Shown piece after piece: positions 1 through 12,078 of a stretch of DNA of 64,000 nt; the stretch's first letter is position 1, and each line of letters starts with the position of its first letter. The notes under the pieces are model-generated. The model saw only the letters and a program-made list of their open reading frames with translations, searched no databases and was not told where the DNA came from. Origin of the DNA: Eledone cirrhosa (taxonomy: Eukaryota); the NCBI GenBank assembly GCA_964016885.1, contig OZ024742.1, positions 44,640,001-44,704,000 of the forward strand, in the 5' to 3' direction. The position numbers and the translations under genes were made by a program.

Positions 1-3000
1 TAGGTGTGTGTGTGTGACAAAGATGGGGCAGTAGTGGTGCTGGCTAGTGTGTAGGTGTGTGTGTGTGACAAGGATGGGGCAGTAGTGGTGCTGGCTAGTG
101 TGTAGGTGTGTGTGTGTGACAAAGGTGGGGCAGTAGTGGTGCTGGCTAGTGTGTAGGTGTGTGTGTGTGACAAAGGTGGGGCAGTAGTGGTCATGGCTAG
201 TGTGCAGGTGTGTGTGTGTGACAAAGGTGGGGCAGTAGTGGTGCTGGCTAGTGTGTAGGTGTGTGTGTGTGACAAAGGTGGGGCAGTAGTGGTGCTGGCT
301 AGTGTGTAGGTGTGTGTGTGTGACAAAGGTGGGGCAATAGTGGTGCTGGCTAGTGTGTAGGTGTGTGTGTGTGACAAAGGTGGGGCAGTAGTGGTGCTGG
401 CTAGTGTGTAGGTGTGTGTGTGTGTGACAAAGGTGGGGCAGTAGTGGTGCTGGCTAGTGTGTAGGTGTGTGTGTGTGACAAAGGTGGAGCAGTAGTGGTG
501 CTGGCTAGTGTGTAGGTGTGTGTGTGTGTAACAAAGGTGGGGCAGTAGTGGTGCTGGCTAGTGTGTAGGTGTGTGTGTGTGTGACAAAGGTGGGGCAGTA
601 GTGGTGCTGGCTAGTGTGTAGGTGTGTGTGTGTGACAAAGGTGGGGCAGTAGTGGTCATGGCTAGTGTGTAGGTGTGTGTGTGTGACAAAGGTGGGGCAG
701 TAGTGGTCATGGCTAATGTGTAGGTGTGTGTGTGTGACAAAGGTGGGGCAGTAGTGCTGCTGGCTAGTGTGTAGGTGTGTGTGTGTGACAAAGGTGGGGC
801 AATAGTGGTGCTGGCTAGTGTGTAGGTGTGTGTGTGTGTGACAAAGGTGGGGCAGTAGTGGTGCTGGCTAGTGTGTAGGTGTGTGTGTGTGACAAAGGTG
901 GGGCAATAGTGGTGCTGGCTAGTGTGTAGGTGTGTGTGTGTGTGACAAAGGTGGGGCAGTAGTGGTGCTGGCTAGTGTGTAGGTGTGTGTGTGTGACAAA
1001 GGTGGGGCAGTAGTGGTGCTGGCTAGTGTGTAGGTGTGTGTGTGTGACAAAGGTGGGGCAGTAGTGGTGCTGGCTAGTGTGTAGGTGTGTGTGTGTGACA
1101 AAGGTGGGGCAATAGTGGTGCTGGCTAGTGTGTAGGTGTGTGTGTGTGACAAAGGTGGGGCAGTAGTGGTGCTGGCTAGTGTGTAGGTGTGTGTGTGTGT
1201 GACAAAGGTGGGGCAGTAGTGGTGCTGGCTAGTGTGTAGGTGTGTGTGTGTGACAAAGGTGGAGCAGTAGTGGTGCTGGCTAGTGTGTAGGTGTGTGTGT
1301 GTGACAAAGGTGGGGCAGTAGTGGTGCTGGCTAGTGTGTAGGTGTGTGTGTGTGTGACAAAGGTGGGGCAGTAGTGGTGCTGGCTAGTGTGTAGGTGTGT
1401 GTGTGTGACAAAGGTGGGGAAGTAGTGGTGCTGGCTAGTGTGTAGGTGTGTGTGTATGACAAATGTGGGGCAGTAGTGGTGCTGGCTAGTGTGTAGGTGT
1501 GTGTGTGTGACAAGGATGGGGCAGTAGTGGTGCTGGCTAGTGTGTAGGTGTGTGTGTGTGATAAAGGTGGGGCAGTAGTGGTGCTGGCTAGTGTGTAGGT
1601 GTGTGTGTGTGACAAGGATGGGGCAGTAGTGGTGCTGGCTAGTGTGTAGGTGTGTGTGTGTGACAAAGATGGGGCAGTAGTGGTGCTGGCTAGTGTGTAG
1701 GTGTGTGTGTGTGACAAAGGTGGGGCAGTAGTGGTGCTGGCTAGTGTGTAGGTGTGTGTGTGTGACAAAGGTGGGGCAGTAGTGGTGCTGGCTAGTGTGT
1801 AAGTGTGTGTGTGTGTGACAAAGATGGGGCAGTAGTGGTGCTGGCTAGTGTGTAGGTGTGTGTGTGTGTGACAAAGGTGGGGCAGTAGTGGTGCTGGCTA
1901 GTGTGTAGGTGTGTGTGTGTGACAAGGATGGGGCAGTAGTGGTGCTGGCTGGTGTGTAGGTGTGTGTGTGTGTGACAAGGATGGGGCAGTAGTGGTGCTG
2001 GCTAGTGTGTAGGTGTGTGTGTGTGACAAAGATGGGGCAGTAGTGGTGCTGGCTAGTGTGTAGGTGTGTGTGTGTGACAAGGATGGGGCAGTAGTGGTGT
2101 TGGCTAGTGTGTAGGTGTGTGTGTGTGACAAGGATGGGGCAGTAGTGGTGTTGGCTAGTGTGTAGGTGTGTGTGTGTGACAAAGGTGGGGCAGTAGTGCT
2201 GCTGGCTAGTGTGTAGGTGTGTGTGTGTGACAAGGATGGGGCAGTAGTGGTGCTGGCTAGTGTGTAGGTGTGTGTGTGTGACAAAGATGGGGCAGTAGTG
2301 GTGCTGGCTAGTGTGTAGGTGTGTGTGTGTGACAAAGGTGGGGCAGTAGTGCTGCTGGCTAGTGTGTAGGTGTGTGTGTGTGACAAAGGTGGGGCAGTAG
2401 TGCTGCTGGCTAGTGTGTAGGTGTGTGTGTGTGACAAAGATGGGGCAGTAGTGGTGCTGGCTAGTGTGTAGGTGTGTGTGTGTGACAAAGGTGGGGCAGT
2501 AGTGGTGCTGGCTAGTGTGTAGGTGTGTGTGTGTGACAAGGATGGGGCAGTAGTGGTGTTGGCTAGTGTGTAGGTGTGTGTGTGTGACAAGGATGGGGCA
2601 GTAGTGGTGTTGGCTAGTGTGTAGGTGTGTGTGTGTGACAAAGGTGGGGCAGTAGTGCTGCTGGCTAGTGTGTAGGTGTGTGTGTGTGACAAGGATGGGG
2701 CAGTAGTGGTGCTGGCTAGTGTGTAGGTGTGTGTGTGTGACAAAGATGGGGCAGTAGTGGTGCTGGCTAGTGTGTAGGTGTGTGTGTGTGACAAAGGTGG
2801 GGCAGTAGTGCTGCTGGCTAGTGTGTAGGTGTGTGTGTGTGACAAAGGTGGGGCAGTAGTGCTGCTGGCTAGTGTGTAGGTGTGTGTGTGTGACAAAGAT
2901 GGGGCAGTAGTGGTGCTGGCTAGTGTGTAGGTGTGTGTGTGTGACAAAGATGGGGCAGTAGTGGTGCTGGCTAGTGTGTAGGTGTGTGTGTGTGACAAAG

Positions 3001-4290
3001 ATGGGGCAGTAGTGGTGCTGGCTAGTGTGTAGTTGTGTGTGTGTGACAAAGGTGGGGCAGTAGTGGTGCTGGCTAGTGTGTAGGTGTGTTTGTGTGTGAC
3101 AAGGATGGGGCAGTAGTGGTGTTGGCTAGTGTGTAGGTGTGTGTGTGTGACAAAGGTGGGGCAGTAGTGGTGCTGGCTAGTGTGTAGGTGTGTGTGTGTG
3201 ACAAAGATGGGGCAGTAGTGGTGCTGGCTAGTGTGTAGGTGTGTGTGTGTGACAAAGGTGGGGCAGTAGTGGTGCTGGCTAGTGTGTAGGTGTGTGTGTG
3301 TGTGACAAGGATGGGGCAGTAGTGGTGTTGGCTAGTGTGTAGGTGTGTGTGTGTGACAAAGGTGGAGCAGTAGTGGTGCTGGCTAGTGTGTAGGTGTGTG
3401 TGTGTGACAAAGATGGGGCAGTAGTGGTGCTGGCTAGTGTGTAGGTGTGTGTGTGTGACAAAGGTGGGGCAGTAGTGGTGCTGGCTAGTGTGTAGGTGTG
3501 TGTGTGTGTGACAAGGATGGGGCAGTAGTGGTGTTGGCTAGTGTGTAGGTGTGTGTGTGTGACAAAGGTGGGGCAGTAGTGGTGCTGGCTAGTGTGTAGG
3601 TGTGTGTGTGTGACAAGGATGGGGCAGTAGTGGTGCTGGCTAGTGTGTAGGTGTGTGTGTGTGTGACAAGGATGGGGCAGTAGTGGTGCTGGCTAGTGTG
3701 TAGGTGTGTGTGTGTGTGACAACGTGGAGCAGTAGTGGTGCTGGCTAGTGTGTAGGTGTGTGTGTGTGACAAGGATGGGGCAGTAGTGGTGCTGGCTAGT
3801 GTGTAGGTGTGTGTGTGTGACAAAGGTGGGGCAGTAGTGGTGCTGGCTAGTGTGTAGGTGTGTGTGTGTGACAAGGATGGGGCAGTAGTGGTGCTGGCTG
3901 GTGTGTAGGTGTGTGTGTGTGTGACAAAGGTGGAGCAGTAGTGGTGCTGGCTAGTGTGTAGGTGTGTGTGTATGACAAAGGTGGGGCAGTAGTGGTGCTG
4001 GCTAGTGTGTAGGTGTGTGTGTGTGTGACAAAGGTGGAGCAGTAGTGGTGCTGGCTAGTGTGTAGGTGTGTGTGTATGACAAAGGTGGGGCAGTAGTGGT
4101 GCTGGCTAGTGTGTAGGTGTGTGTGTATGACAAATGTGGGGCAGTAGTGGTGCTGGCTGCTGTGTAGGTGTGTGTGTGTGTGACAAAGATGGGGCAGTAG
4201 TGGTGCTGGCTAGTGTGTAGGTGTGTGTGTGTGACAAAGGTGGGGCAGTAGTGGTGCTGGCTAGTGTGTAGGTGTGTGTGTGTGACAAAG
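1..4290. repeat. 51-bp GT-rich minisatellite (runs off the window start)
   Basis: Unit GTGTGTGTGTGACAAAGGTGGGGCAGTAGTGGTGCTGGCTAGTGTGTAG with a variable (GT)n length; about 80 copies. Confidence 0.97.
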
Positions 4291-5625
4291 GTGGGTGGTA
4301 GTGGTGTGTGTGTGTGACAAAGGTGGGGTGGTAGTGGTGTGTGTGTGTGACAAAGGTGGTGTGGTAGTGGTGTGTGTGTGTGTGACAAAGGTGGGGTGGT
4401 AGTGGTGTGTGTGACAAAGGTGGTGTGGTAGTGGTGTGTGTGTGTGTGACAAAGGTGGAGTGGTAGTGGTTTGTTTGTGTGTGTGACAAAGGTGGGGTGG
4501 TAGTGGTGTGTGTGTGACAAAGGTGAGTTGGTAGAGGTGTGTGTGTGTGTGACAAAGGTGGTGTGGTAGTGGTGTGTGTGTGTGTGACAAAGGTAGGGTG
4601 GTAGTGGTGTGTGTGACAAAGGTGGTGTGGTAGTGGTGTGTGTGTGTGTGTGTGTGACAAAGGTGGCGTGGTAGTGGTGTGTGTGTGTGTGATAAAGGTG
4701 GGGTGGTAGTGGTGTGTGTGTGTGTGACAAAGGTGGGGTGGTAGTGGTGTGTGTGTGCGTGACAAAGGTGGTGTGGTAGTGGTGTGTGTGTGTGTGACAA
4801 AGGTGGGGTGGTAGTGGTGTGTGTGTGTGACAAAGGTGGGGTCGTAGTGGTGTGTGTGTGTGTGACAAAGGTGGGGTGGTAGTGGTGTGTGTGTGTGTGT
4901 GATAAAGGTGGGGTGGTAGTGGTGTGTGTGTGTGTGACAAAGGTGGGGTGGTAGTGGTGTGTGTGTGTGTGTGACAAAGGTGGGGTGGTAGTGGTGTGTG
5001 TGTGTGTGTGACAAAGGTGGGGTGGTAGTGGTGTGTGTGTGTGTGTGACAAAGGTGGGGTGGTAGTGGTGTGTGTGTGTGTGACAAAGGTGGGGTGGTAG
5101 TGGTGTGTGTGTGTGTGTGACAAAGGTGGGGTGGTAGTGGTGTGTGTGTGTGTGTGACAAAGGTGGGGTGGTAGTGGTGTGTGTGTGTGTGACAAAGGTG
5201 GGGTGGTAGTGGTGTGTGTGTGTGTGTGACAAAGGTGGGGTGGTAGTGGTGTGTGTGTGTGTGCGACAAAGGTGGGGTGGTAGTGGTGTGTGTGTGTGTG
5301 ACAAAGGTGGGGTGGTAGTGGTGTGTGTGTGTGTGTGACAAAGGTGGGGTGGTAGTGGTGTGTGTGTGTGTGTGACAAAGGTGGGGTGGTAGTGGTGTGT
5401 GTGTGTGTGACAAAGGTGGGGTGGTAGTGGTGTGTGTGTGTGTGTGACAAAGGTGGGGTGGTAGTGGTGTGTGTGTGTGTGTGACAAAGGTGGGGTGGTA
5501 GTGGTGTGTGTGTGTGTGTGACAAAGGTGGGGTGGTAGTGGTGTGTGTGTGTGTGTGACAAAGGTGGGGTGGTAGTGGTGTGTGTGTGTGTGACAAAGGT
5601 GGGGTGGTAGTGGTGTGTGACAAAG
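4291..5625. repeat. ~35-43-bp minisatellite derived from the 51-bp unit
   Basis: Unit (GT)nGACAAAGGTGGGGTGGTAGTG; lacks the CTGGCTAGTGTGTAG segment of the upstream array. Confidence 0.95.
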
Positions 5626-5849
5626 GTGGAGCTGGCTAATGTGGTTGTCACCATCAGTGTGTAGGTGTGTAGGTGTGTATGTGTGTAGGTGTGCATGTGT
5701 GGGTGTTTGATGACGTTTGTTCTGTCTGATACATCACAATAAACGTTGGGCACCAGTTGACATTGTTCAGGCAAAGAAATTACACTACTTAACATGACAG
5801 GAAACATAGTCGTCACCACCACCATCACCATTTTCATCAGTGCCACTAT

Positions 5850-6480
5850 ACCCCACCACCATCACTACTACACCCCCACCACCACCACCATCATCATCCT
5901 CATCCCCATTATACACCACCACCACCACCATCATCTTCACTGCTACATCCCATCATCATCATCTCCATTACACACCACCACCACCACCACCATCTTCCCT
6001 GCTACATCCCATCATCATCATCTCCATTACACACCACCACCACCACCACCACCATCTTCACTGCTACATCCCATCATCCCCATCCCCATTACACACCACC
6101 ACCACCACCACCATCTTCCCTGCTACATTCCATCATCCCCATCCCCATTACACACCACCACCACCACCATCTTCACTGCTACATCCCATCATCCCCATCC
6201 CCATTACACACCACCACCACCATCTTCCCTGCTACATTCCATCATCCCCATCCCCATTACACACCACCACCACCACCACCACCATCTTCACTGCTACATT
6301 CCATCATCCCCATCCCCATTACACACCACCACCACCACCACCACCATCTTCACTGCTACATTCCATCATCCCCATCCCCATTACACACCACCACCACCAT
6401 CTTCACTGCTACATTCCATCATCCCCATCCCCATTACACACCACCACCACCATCTTCACTGCTACATTCCATCATCATCA
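5850..6480. repeat. ~55-65-bp C-rich minisatellite with internal (CAC)n
   Basis: Unit CCATCATCCCCATCCCCATTACA(CAC)nCATCTTCACTGCTACATT, about 10 copies. Confidence 0.93.
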
Positions 6481-6553
6481 CTGCCACTCTACCCCACCAT
6501 CACCATTTACATCATCATAATCTTCCCCGCAGCAATTATCTGCTCCTATCAAT

Positions 6554-6740
6554 TGCTTCACAGCATAGAGTTACGGCCCTTTACGTTCTCAGTTCAAATC
6601 CCACCGGGGTTAACTTTGCCTTTTATCCTTACGGGCTCAATAAAATAAGCACCAGTAATGCACTGGGGTCGATTTTATCGACTTTTCCCTCCCCTTGAAA
6701 TTTCTGGCCTTGTGCCTAAAATTGAAACAATATTATTATT
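6554..6740 (+). mobile_element. tRNA-derived SINE family 1, 5'-truncated
   Basis: B-box-like AGTTCAAATCC, conserved body TTTGCCTTTYATCCTTACGGG..ATAAAATAAG.ACCAGT, tail GGCCTTGTGCC..GAAACAA(TTA)n; matches copies at 11001, 57135 and 63622. Confidence 0.85.
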
Positions 6741-8270
6741 AAGGGCGGTGGATTGGCAGTATCAGTAGAGGGTCGGACGCCATGTTAGGGTGATGGATTG
6801 GCAGTATCGGTAGAGGGTCGGACGCCATGTTAGGGTGGTGGATTGGCAGTATCGGTAGAGGGTCGGACGCCATGTTAGGGTGGTGGATTGGCAGTATCGG
6901 TAGAGGGTCGGACGCCATGTTAGGGTGATGGATTGGCAGTATCGGTAGAGGGTCGGACGCCATGTTAGGGTGGTGGATTGGCAGTATCGGTAGAGGGTCG
7001 GACGCCATGTTAGGGTGGTGGATTGGCAGTATCGGTAGAGGGTCGGACGCCATGTTAGGGTGGTGGATTGGCAGTATCGGTAGAGGGTCGGACGCCATGT
7101 TAGGGTGATGGATTGGCAGTATCGGTAGAGGGTCGGACGCCATGTTAGGGTGGTGGATTGGCAGTATCGGTAGAGGGTCGGACGCCATGTTAGGGTGGTG
7201 GATTGGCAGTATCGGTAGAGGGTCGGACGCCATGTTAGGGTGATGGATTGGCAGTATCGGTAGAGGGTCGGACGCCATGTTAGGGTGGTGGATTGGCAGT
7301 ATCGGTAGAGGGTCGGACGCCATGTTAGGGTGGTGGATTGGCAGTATCGGTAGAGGGTCGGACGCCATGTTAGGGTGATGGATTGGCAGTATCGGTAGAG
7401 GGTCGGACGCCATGTTAGGGTGGTGGATTGGCAGTATCGGTAGAGGGTCGGACGCCATGTTAGGGTGGTGGATTGGCAGTATCGGTAGAGGGTCGGACGC
7501 CATGTTAGGGTGGTGGATTGGCAGTATCAGTAGAGGGTCGGACGCCATGTTAGGGTGATGGATTGGCAGTATCGGTAGAGGGTCGGACGCCATGTTAGGG
7601 TGGTGGATTGGCAGTATCGGTAGAGGGTCGGACGCCATGTTAGGGTGGTGGATTGGCAGTATCGGTAGAGGGTCGGACGCCATGTTAGGGTGGTGGATTG
7701 GCAGTATCGGTAGAGGGTCGGACGCCATGTTAGGGTGGTGGATTGGCAGTATCGGTAGAGGGTCGGACGCCATGTTAGGGTGGTGGATTGGCAGTATCAG
7801 TAGAGGGTCGGACGCCATGTTAGGGTGGTGGATTGGCAGTATCGGTAGAGGGTCGGACGCCATGTTAGGGTGATGGATTGGCAGTATCGGTAGAGGGTCG
7901 GACGCCATGTTAGGGTGGTGGATTGGCAGTATCGGTAGAGGGTCGGACGCCATGTTAGGGTGGTGGATTGGCAGTATCAGTAGAGGGTCGGACGCCATGT
8001 TAGGGTGATGGATTGGCAGTATCGGTAGAGGGTCGGACGCCATGTTAGGGTGGTGGATTGGCAGTATCAGTAGAGGGTCGGACGCCATGTTAGGGTGGTG
8101 GATTGGCAGTATCGGTAGAGGGTCGGACGCCATGTTAGGGTGGTGGATTGGCAGTATCGGTAGAGGGTCGGACGCCATGTTAGGGTGGTGGATTGGCAGT
8201 ATCGGTAGAAAGGTCGGGCGCCATGTTAGGGTGGTGGATTGGCAGTATCGGTAGAGGGTCGGACGCCATG
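6741..8270 (+). repeat. 45-bp tandem array (34 units) of the SINE family 1 head
   Basis: Unit TAGGGTGGTGGATTGGCAGTATCGGTAGAGGGTCGGACGCCATGT equals the 5' 45 nt of the intact SINE at 63622-63817(-); the last unit continues into the SINE body. Confidence 0.95.
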
Positions 8271-8397
8271 CTTTGCAGCATACAGTTATAGCCCTTTATG
8301 ATCTGAGTTCAAATCTCGCCGAGGTTAAGTTTGCCTTTCATCCTTACGAGGTCGATAAAATAAAGTACCAGTAATGCACTGGGGTCGATTGTTATCA
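8227..8397 (+). mobile_element. SINE family 1 (head plus body) terminating the 45-bp array
   Basis: A-box TGGCAGTATCGG, B-box GAGTTCAAATC, body TTTGCCTTTCATCCTTACGAGGTCGATAAAATAAAGTACCAGT. Confidence 0.88.
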
Positions 8398-8649
8398 TCA
8401 CTATCTTCCCCATCAGCAGTTATTAGCATCATTATCACCTCCTTGTCAATATTATCCTCATCATTACCATCAACAGCTTCATCTGTCTGTGTGTGCGTGA
8501 GTGTGTGTTTTGGCTGCATCATTATCATGATCATTCATGGTCACCATCTTGATTAAGTATTGTTGGAAATAAAATAAAGAACAGGGGGGGGGTGTGGTCA
8601 TGGATGGAGGGGAAGTAGTAAAGAGTAGGTGGAGTTTATGTATATATAA

Positions 8650-8975
8650 GCTGGCACTCCTTCAGTTACAACGATGAATGTTCCAGTTGATCTGATCAAC
8701 TAAAACACTCAACAGGCTGCTCGTGAAATTAACGTCAAGTGACTGAACATTCCACATGTATACCCTTAACGTAGTTCTCAGGGAGATTCAGCATGACACC
8801 AAATGTGGAAAGGCTGACCCTTCGAATTACAGCTGCATCTCATTTTTGCCAGCTGAGTGGACTGGAGCAGCATAAAATAAAGTGTCTTGCTCAAGGACAC
8901 AACATGCCACCGGGAATTGAACTCATAACCTTATGATTGTGAGCCGAATATACCTTAACCACGAAGCTACGCACC

Positions 8976-8978
<3 letters not shown>
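8650..8978 (-). mobile_element. tRNA-derived SINE family 2 (tail type A)
   Basis: Minus strand reads GAAGGTGCGTAGCTTCGTGGTTAAG (A box)...GAGTTCAATTCC (B box)...GTCCTTGAGCAAGACACTTTATTT..TGCTCCAGTCCACTCAGCTG; the same tail recurs near 11200-11350 and 61556-61705. Confidence 0.8.
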
Positions 8979-9020
<42 letters not shown>

Positions 9021-9289
9021 GTATGTGAGTGTGTGTGTATGTAAAGTACATTGTTAAAGACAGACTTAAAGATTAATAAATAGATTGATATATGCACACA
9101 CACACACTTGTGTGAGTGTACATATATTTATATGAATGTGTGTGTATGTGTATCAGAAAAGTAACAGGACTTAGTGTGCTGTGTGAGTTATGAGTGGAGT
9201 AGTGGGTTGCGTCACCATGTGAATTAATATCCGGGGAGCTCTCTGCAGACATTGTATGGTCTTTCACGTGCTTTTAACAGCTCCTCAAT

Positions 9290-9407
9290 TTTTGGCTGTC
9301 AAGAAGTGGGCACAGATCAACAAACCAACCTGAAGTTTCTGGTCCAGCTGGAGAAAACCCTGTCAGAAGCAGTTGGAATACTACAGCATGTGTATGGAGA
9401 TGACAAT
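9290..9407 (+). pseudogene. mariner transposase N-terminal HTH fragment
   Basis: Translates DQQTNLKFLVQLEKTLSEAVGILQHVYGDD, resembling the mariner EQRxxIKFxxxLGKxxxExxxMLxxxYGD motif; ends at (TA)n. Confidence 0.65.
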
Positions 9408-9425
9408 ATATATATTATATATATA

Positions 9426-9481
<56 letters not shown>

Positions 9482-9723
9482 TGAGTATGTGGATTTATTT
9501 AACTATCTATTCCCTTTTTGATACTAGTATGGATTGGACAAGTTGTTTTGAGACAGCATTCTATGGTTGGATGCCCTTCTTGGCATTAACCATTAATTGG
9601 TTTTAAACAAGGTTCTTTCCACGTGAAACTGCTTAGCTACAGAACATAAACAAACGTCACTAGCTGCCCAAGAGATGTCAATGTGAAGTGAAAACATGTG
9701 TGAAGACACATGCACACATATTT

Positions 9724-9982
9724 GATGGGCTTCTATACAGTTTCCATCAACTAACTTCACTCACCAGACTCTTGCCAAATTCTCATAAGGTAAGCTATAA
9801 CTCAAGGCTATAGCAATGGATTCAAACCTGAAACCACTTGGGAATGAAGCAAACTTCTTAATCATACAGCCATGCATGCACCCATATATACACATATATT
9901 CAATAGGCTTCTGTACAGCTTACGTCTAGCAATTTCACTCACATGGCACTCATAAGGTACTGTATAGATCAAGGTTATAGTA
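9724..9982 (-). mobile_element. Degenerate SINE family 3 copies
   Basis: GGGCTTCT..ACAGTTTCC..CTA..TTCACTCAC..GGCTATAG..AAGCAAACTTCTTAA.CA.ACAGCCATGC; same pattern at 50615-52083 and 61704-61880. Confidence 0.6.
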
Positions 9983-10010
9983 CACCATCATGCTTGCACA
10001 CACAAATTAG

Positions 10011-10229
10011 ATTATTTCTAATTTAGGAACAAGGCCAGAAATTTGTAGGGATGAAAAAGTCGATTATATTAACCACAGTACTTTATTGGTTCTTTATTTT
10101 ATCAATCCTGGAAGGATTAAAGGCATAGCTGGCCTTGGCAGGATTTGAACTCAGAACATAAAGAGCTGTAACTAAATGCTACAAAACATTTTATCAGGCG
10201 CTCTAACAATTTTGCCAAGCCACCACTCT
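10011..10229 (-). mobile_element. SINE family 1, diverged full-length copy
   Basis: Reverse complement carries the A box, GAGTTCAAATCC, body and tail of family 1. Confidence 0.75.
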
Positions 10230-10679
10230 GACAAATTAGATTATTACTGCCAATAAATGAGTTTAAAGTGATGATAAAAATTTTGTGTATAAATGTAATT
10301 TAATAACTTAAAAGGTCAACTATAATATAGTGAGTGCATAAAGAAATGAGATGAAAAATGAATATAAAAATGTATATGAAAGATAACAGAACATGATTGT
10401 ATACAGTTTAAGATAAAATAGATACATATATTAATTATAGGAGTAATTCTATATTGTCTATGCATTGTATGTGTATTGTGATAAAAATGACTGGTATTGC
10501 TTAGAAGTTAATTTACTTATGTTTATATATACTGAAGGTAAGTTTGTTGTTTTCAAGATTTAATGTTTACATAGAAATGTTTAGACTGCTAAATATTAGT
10601 TGTTGAAAGTGAGTTCTTGTGTGGTTAATAGTAAGAAATGAGCAGTTAAAATATATGATATCTAGGGCAGGTAAAATTC

Positions 10680-10925
10680 CTGAGATCCATGATGATTTCT
10701 CTCCAGCGGTCTCTGTCCCTCATCATGGCCGCCCTGTCCTGCATCTCCCAGAGACCAGTGTTTGTCCTTAGAGCATCAATATATGTCATCCTTGGTCTCC
10801 CTCTTTTAGTATGTCTGTATAGGGGCTCCTACAGGACCACTGAGTGCAGTGTCAACTCTGAATGTCAGTAAGCATGTCTAGCTAACCTCAGTCTCCTCTG
10901 TGTTATTTTCGAGCTGACTTGTGTG
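10680..10925 (-). pseudogene. Degenerate RTE-type LINE 3' fragment
   Basis: Minus strand translates KRGRPRMTYIDALRTNTGL..MMRDRDRWREII, a typical RTE C-terminus. Confidence 0.65.
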
Positions 10926-11000
10926 ATATATAAGGAATAAATAAATATAAAATAAAATATAAAACAAGATAAGCATGATGATGATGATAGTGATGGTGAA

Positions 11001-11187
11001 ATAATTGTTTCTACTTTTGGCACAAGGCCAGCAATCATCCCAGTGCATTACTGGTACTTTGTTTTATCCACTCCGTAAGGATGAAAGGCAAAGTTAACTT
11101 CGGCGGGATGTGAACTTAGATCATAAAGGGCTGTAACTCTATGCTGCAAAGCATGGTGTCTGACCCTCGACCGATACTGCCAATCCA
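11001..11187 (-). mobile_element. SINE family 1
   Basis: Close match to 63622-63817. Confidence 0.85.
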
Positions 11188-12078
11188 AATGATGGATCCT
11201 CCATCAGTTCCAATGATGAGCATTTAGTTGTTCAATCAACTGATTGTCTGCTTTATGAATTAGTGTGTATGACATTGAGTATTCCTCAGACACGTGTACC
11301 CCTTAATGTAATTTCTAAGGCTGAATCAGTGTGACACAATATGTGTCAAAGCTATCTGGATCTGGTGGGATGTCCATTGTAGGTGTATGGTTTACATTTG
11401 CTTAGGTTCATGGTTGGCTTTGATTTAATTCTTGTATATATGTTCAAGTTAAGACAACTGATGAGCTTAGATCAAGTTAGAAAGAGGAGCAATACAGGGA
11501 GACAATATTTCTCTGAGGATGTTTACATCTTGTTTACAAGACGCCATCATCAGCAAAGTCAACTGGGAGAACAAGGGTATCAACATAGATGGTAAACTTC
11601 TATACCACCTAGACTTCACAGATGACATCATCCTAATAGCTCATACATCACAAGAAGTGAGGGAGATGCTCAATGCTATCCACACTGTCAGCCAGCCAGT
11701 AGGCCTTAACATTGATCTTGGGAAAATCAATATCATGTTTAACGGCTACACTAAACCATCACTAGTTATTGTGGATAGAAACTCAATTGAGGAAGTAGAC
11801 AGTTATGTGTACCTCAGAAAGTAGAGATCAAGAGATGGTGCCCTACTTCTGAAGGTCGAAAGAAGGATTGTGCCTGGCTGAGCAACTTTTGGAAAAGTTT
11901 ATAATATCATTAGAAGTCCCAAGTCAACAATCGAAACGAAAAGAAATCTGTTTCATGAATATGTTCTGCCAGTGATGACTTATCAAAGAGAGACATGGGC
12001 ATTTAACACCACCATTGTAGACACTTTTACAGTGGCCCAACGTAAAAAGGAGAAAATCATGCTTAGCATCCCTTACAT

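Noticed and set aside
558-6648. Long His/Thr/Pro-rich ORFs (up to 614 aa)
   Set aside because: Translations of minisatellites, open in several frames at once and broken wherever the (GT)n length changes.
6739-8178. 479-aa (MASDPLPILPIHHPN)n ORF and a CRISPR-like appearance
   Set aside because: Antisense reading of a 45-bp SINE-head array; no unique spacers and no cas genes.
10530-10550. AAG|GTAAGT splice donor suggesting a host exon
   Set aside because: No convincing acceptor or coding frame upstream; small host exons cannot be excluded without RNA data.
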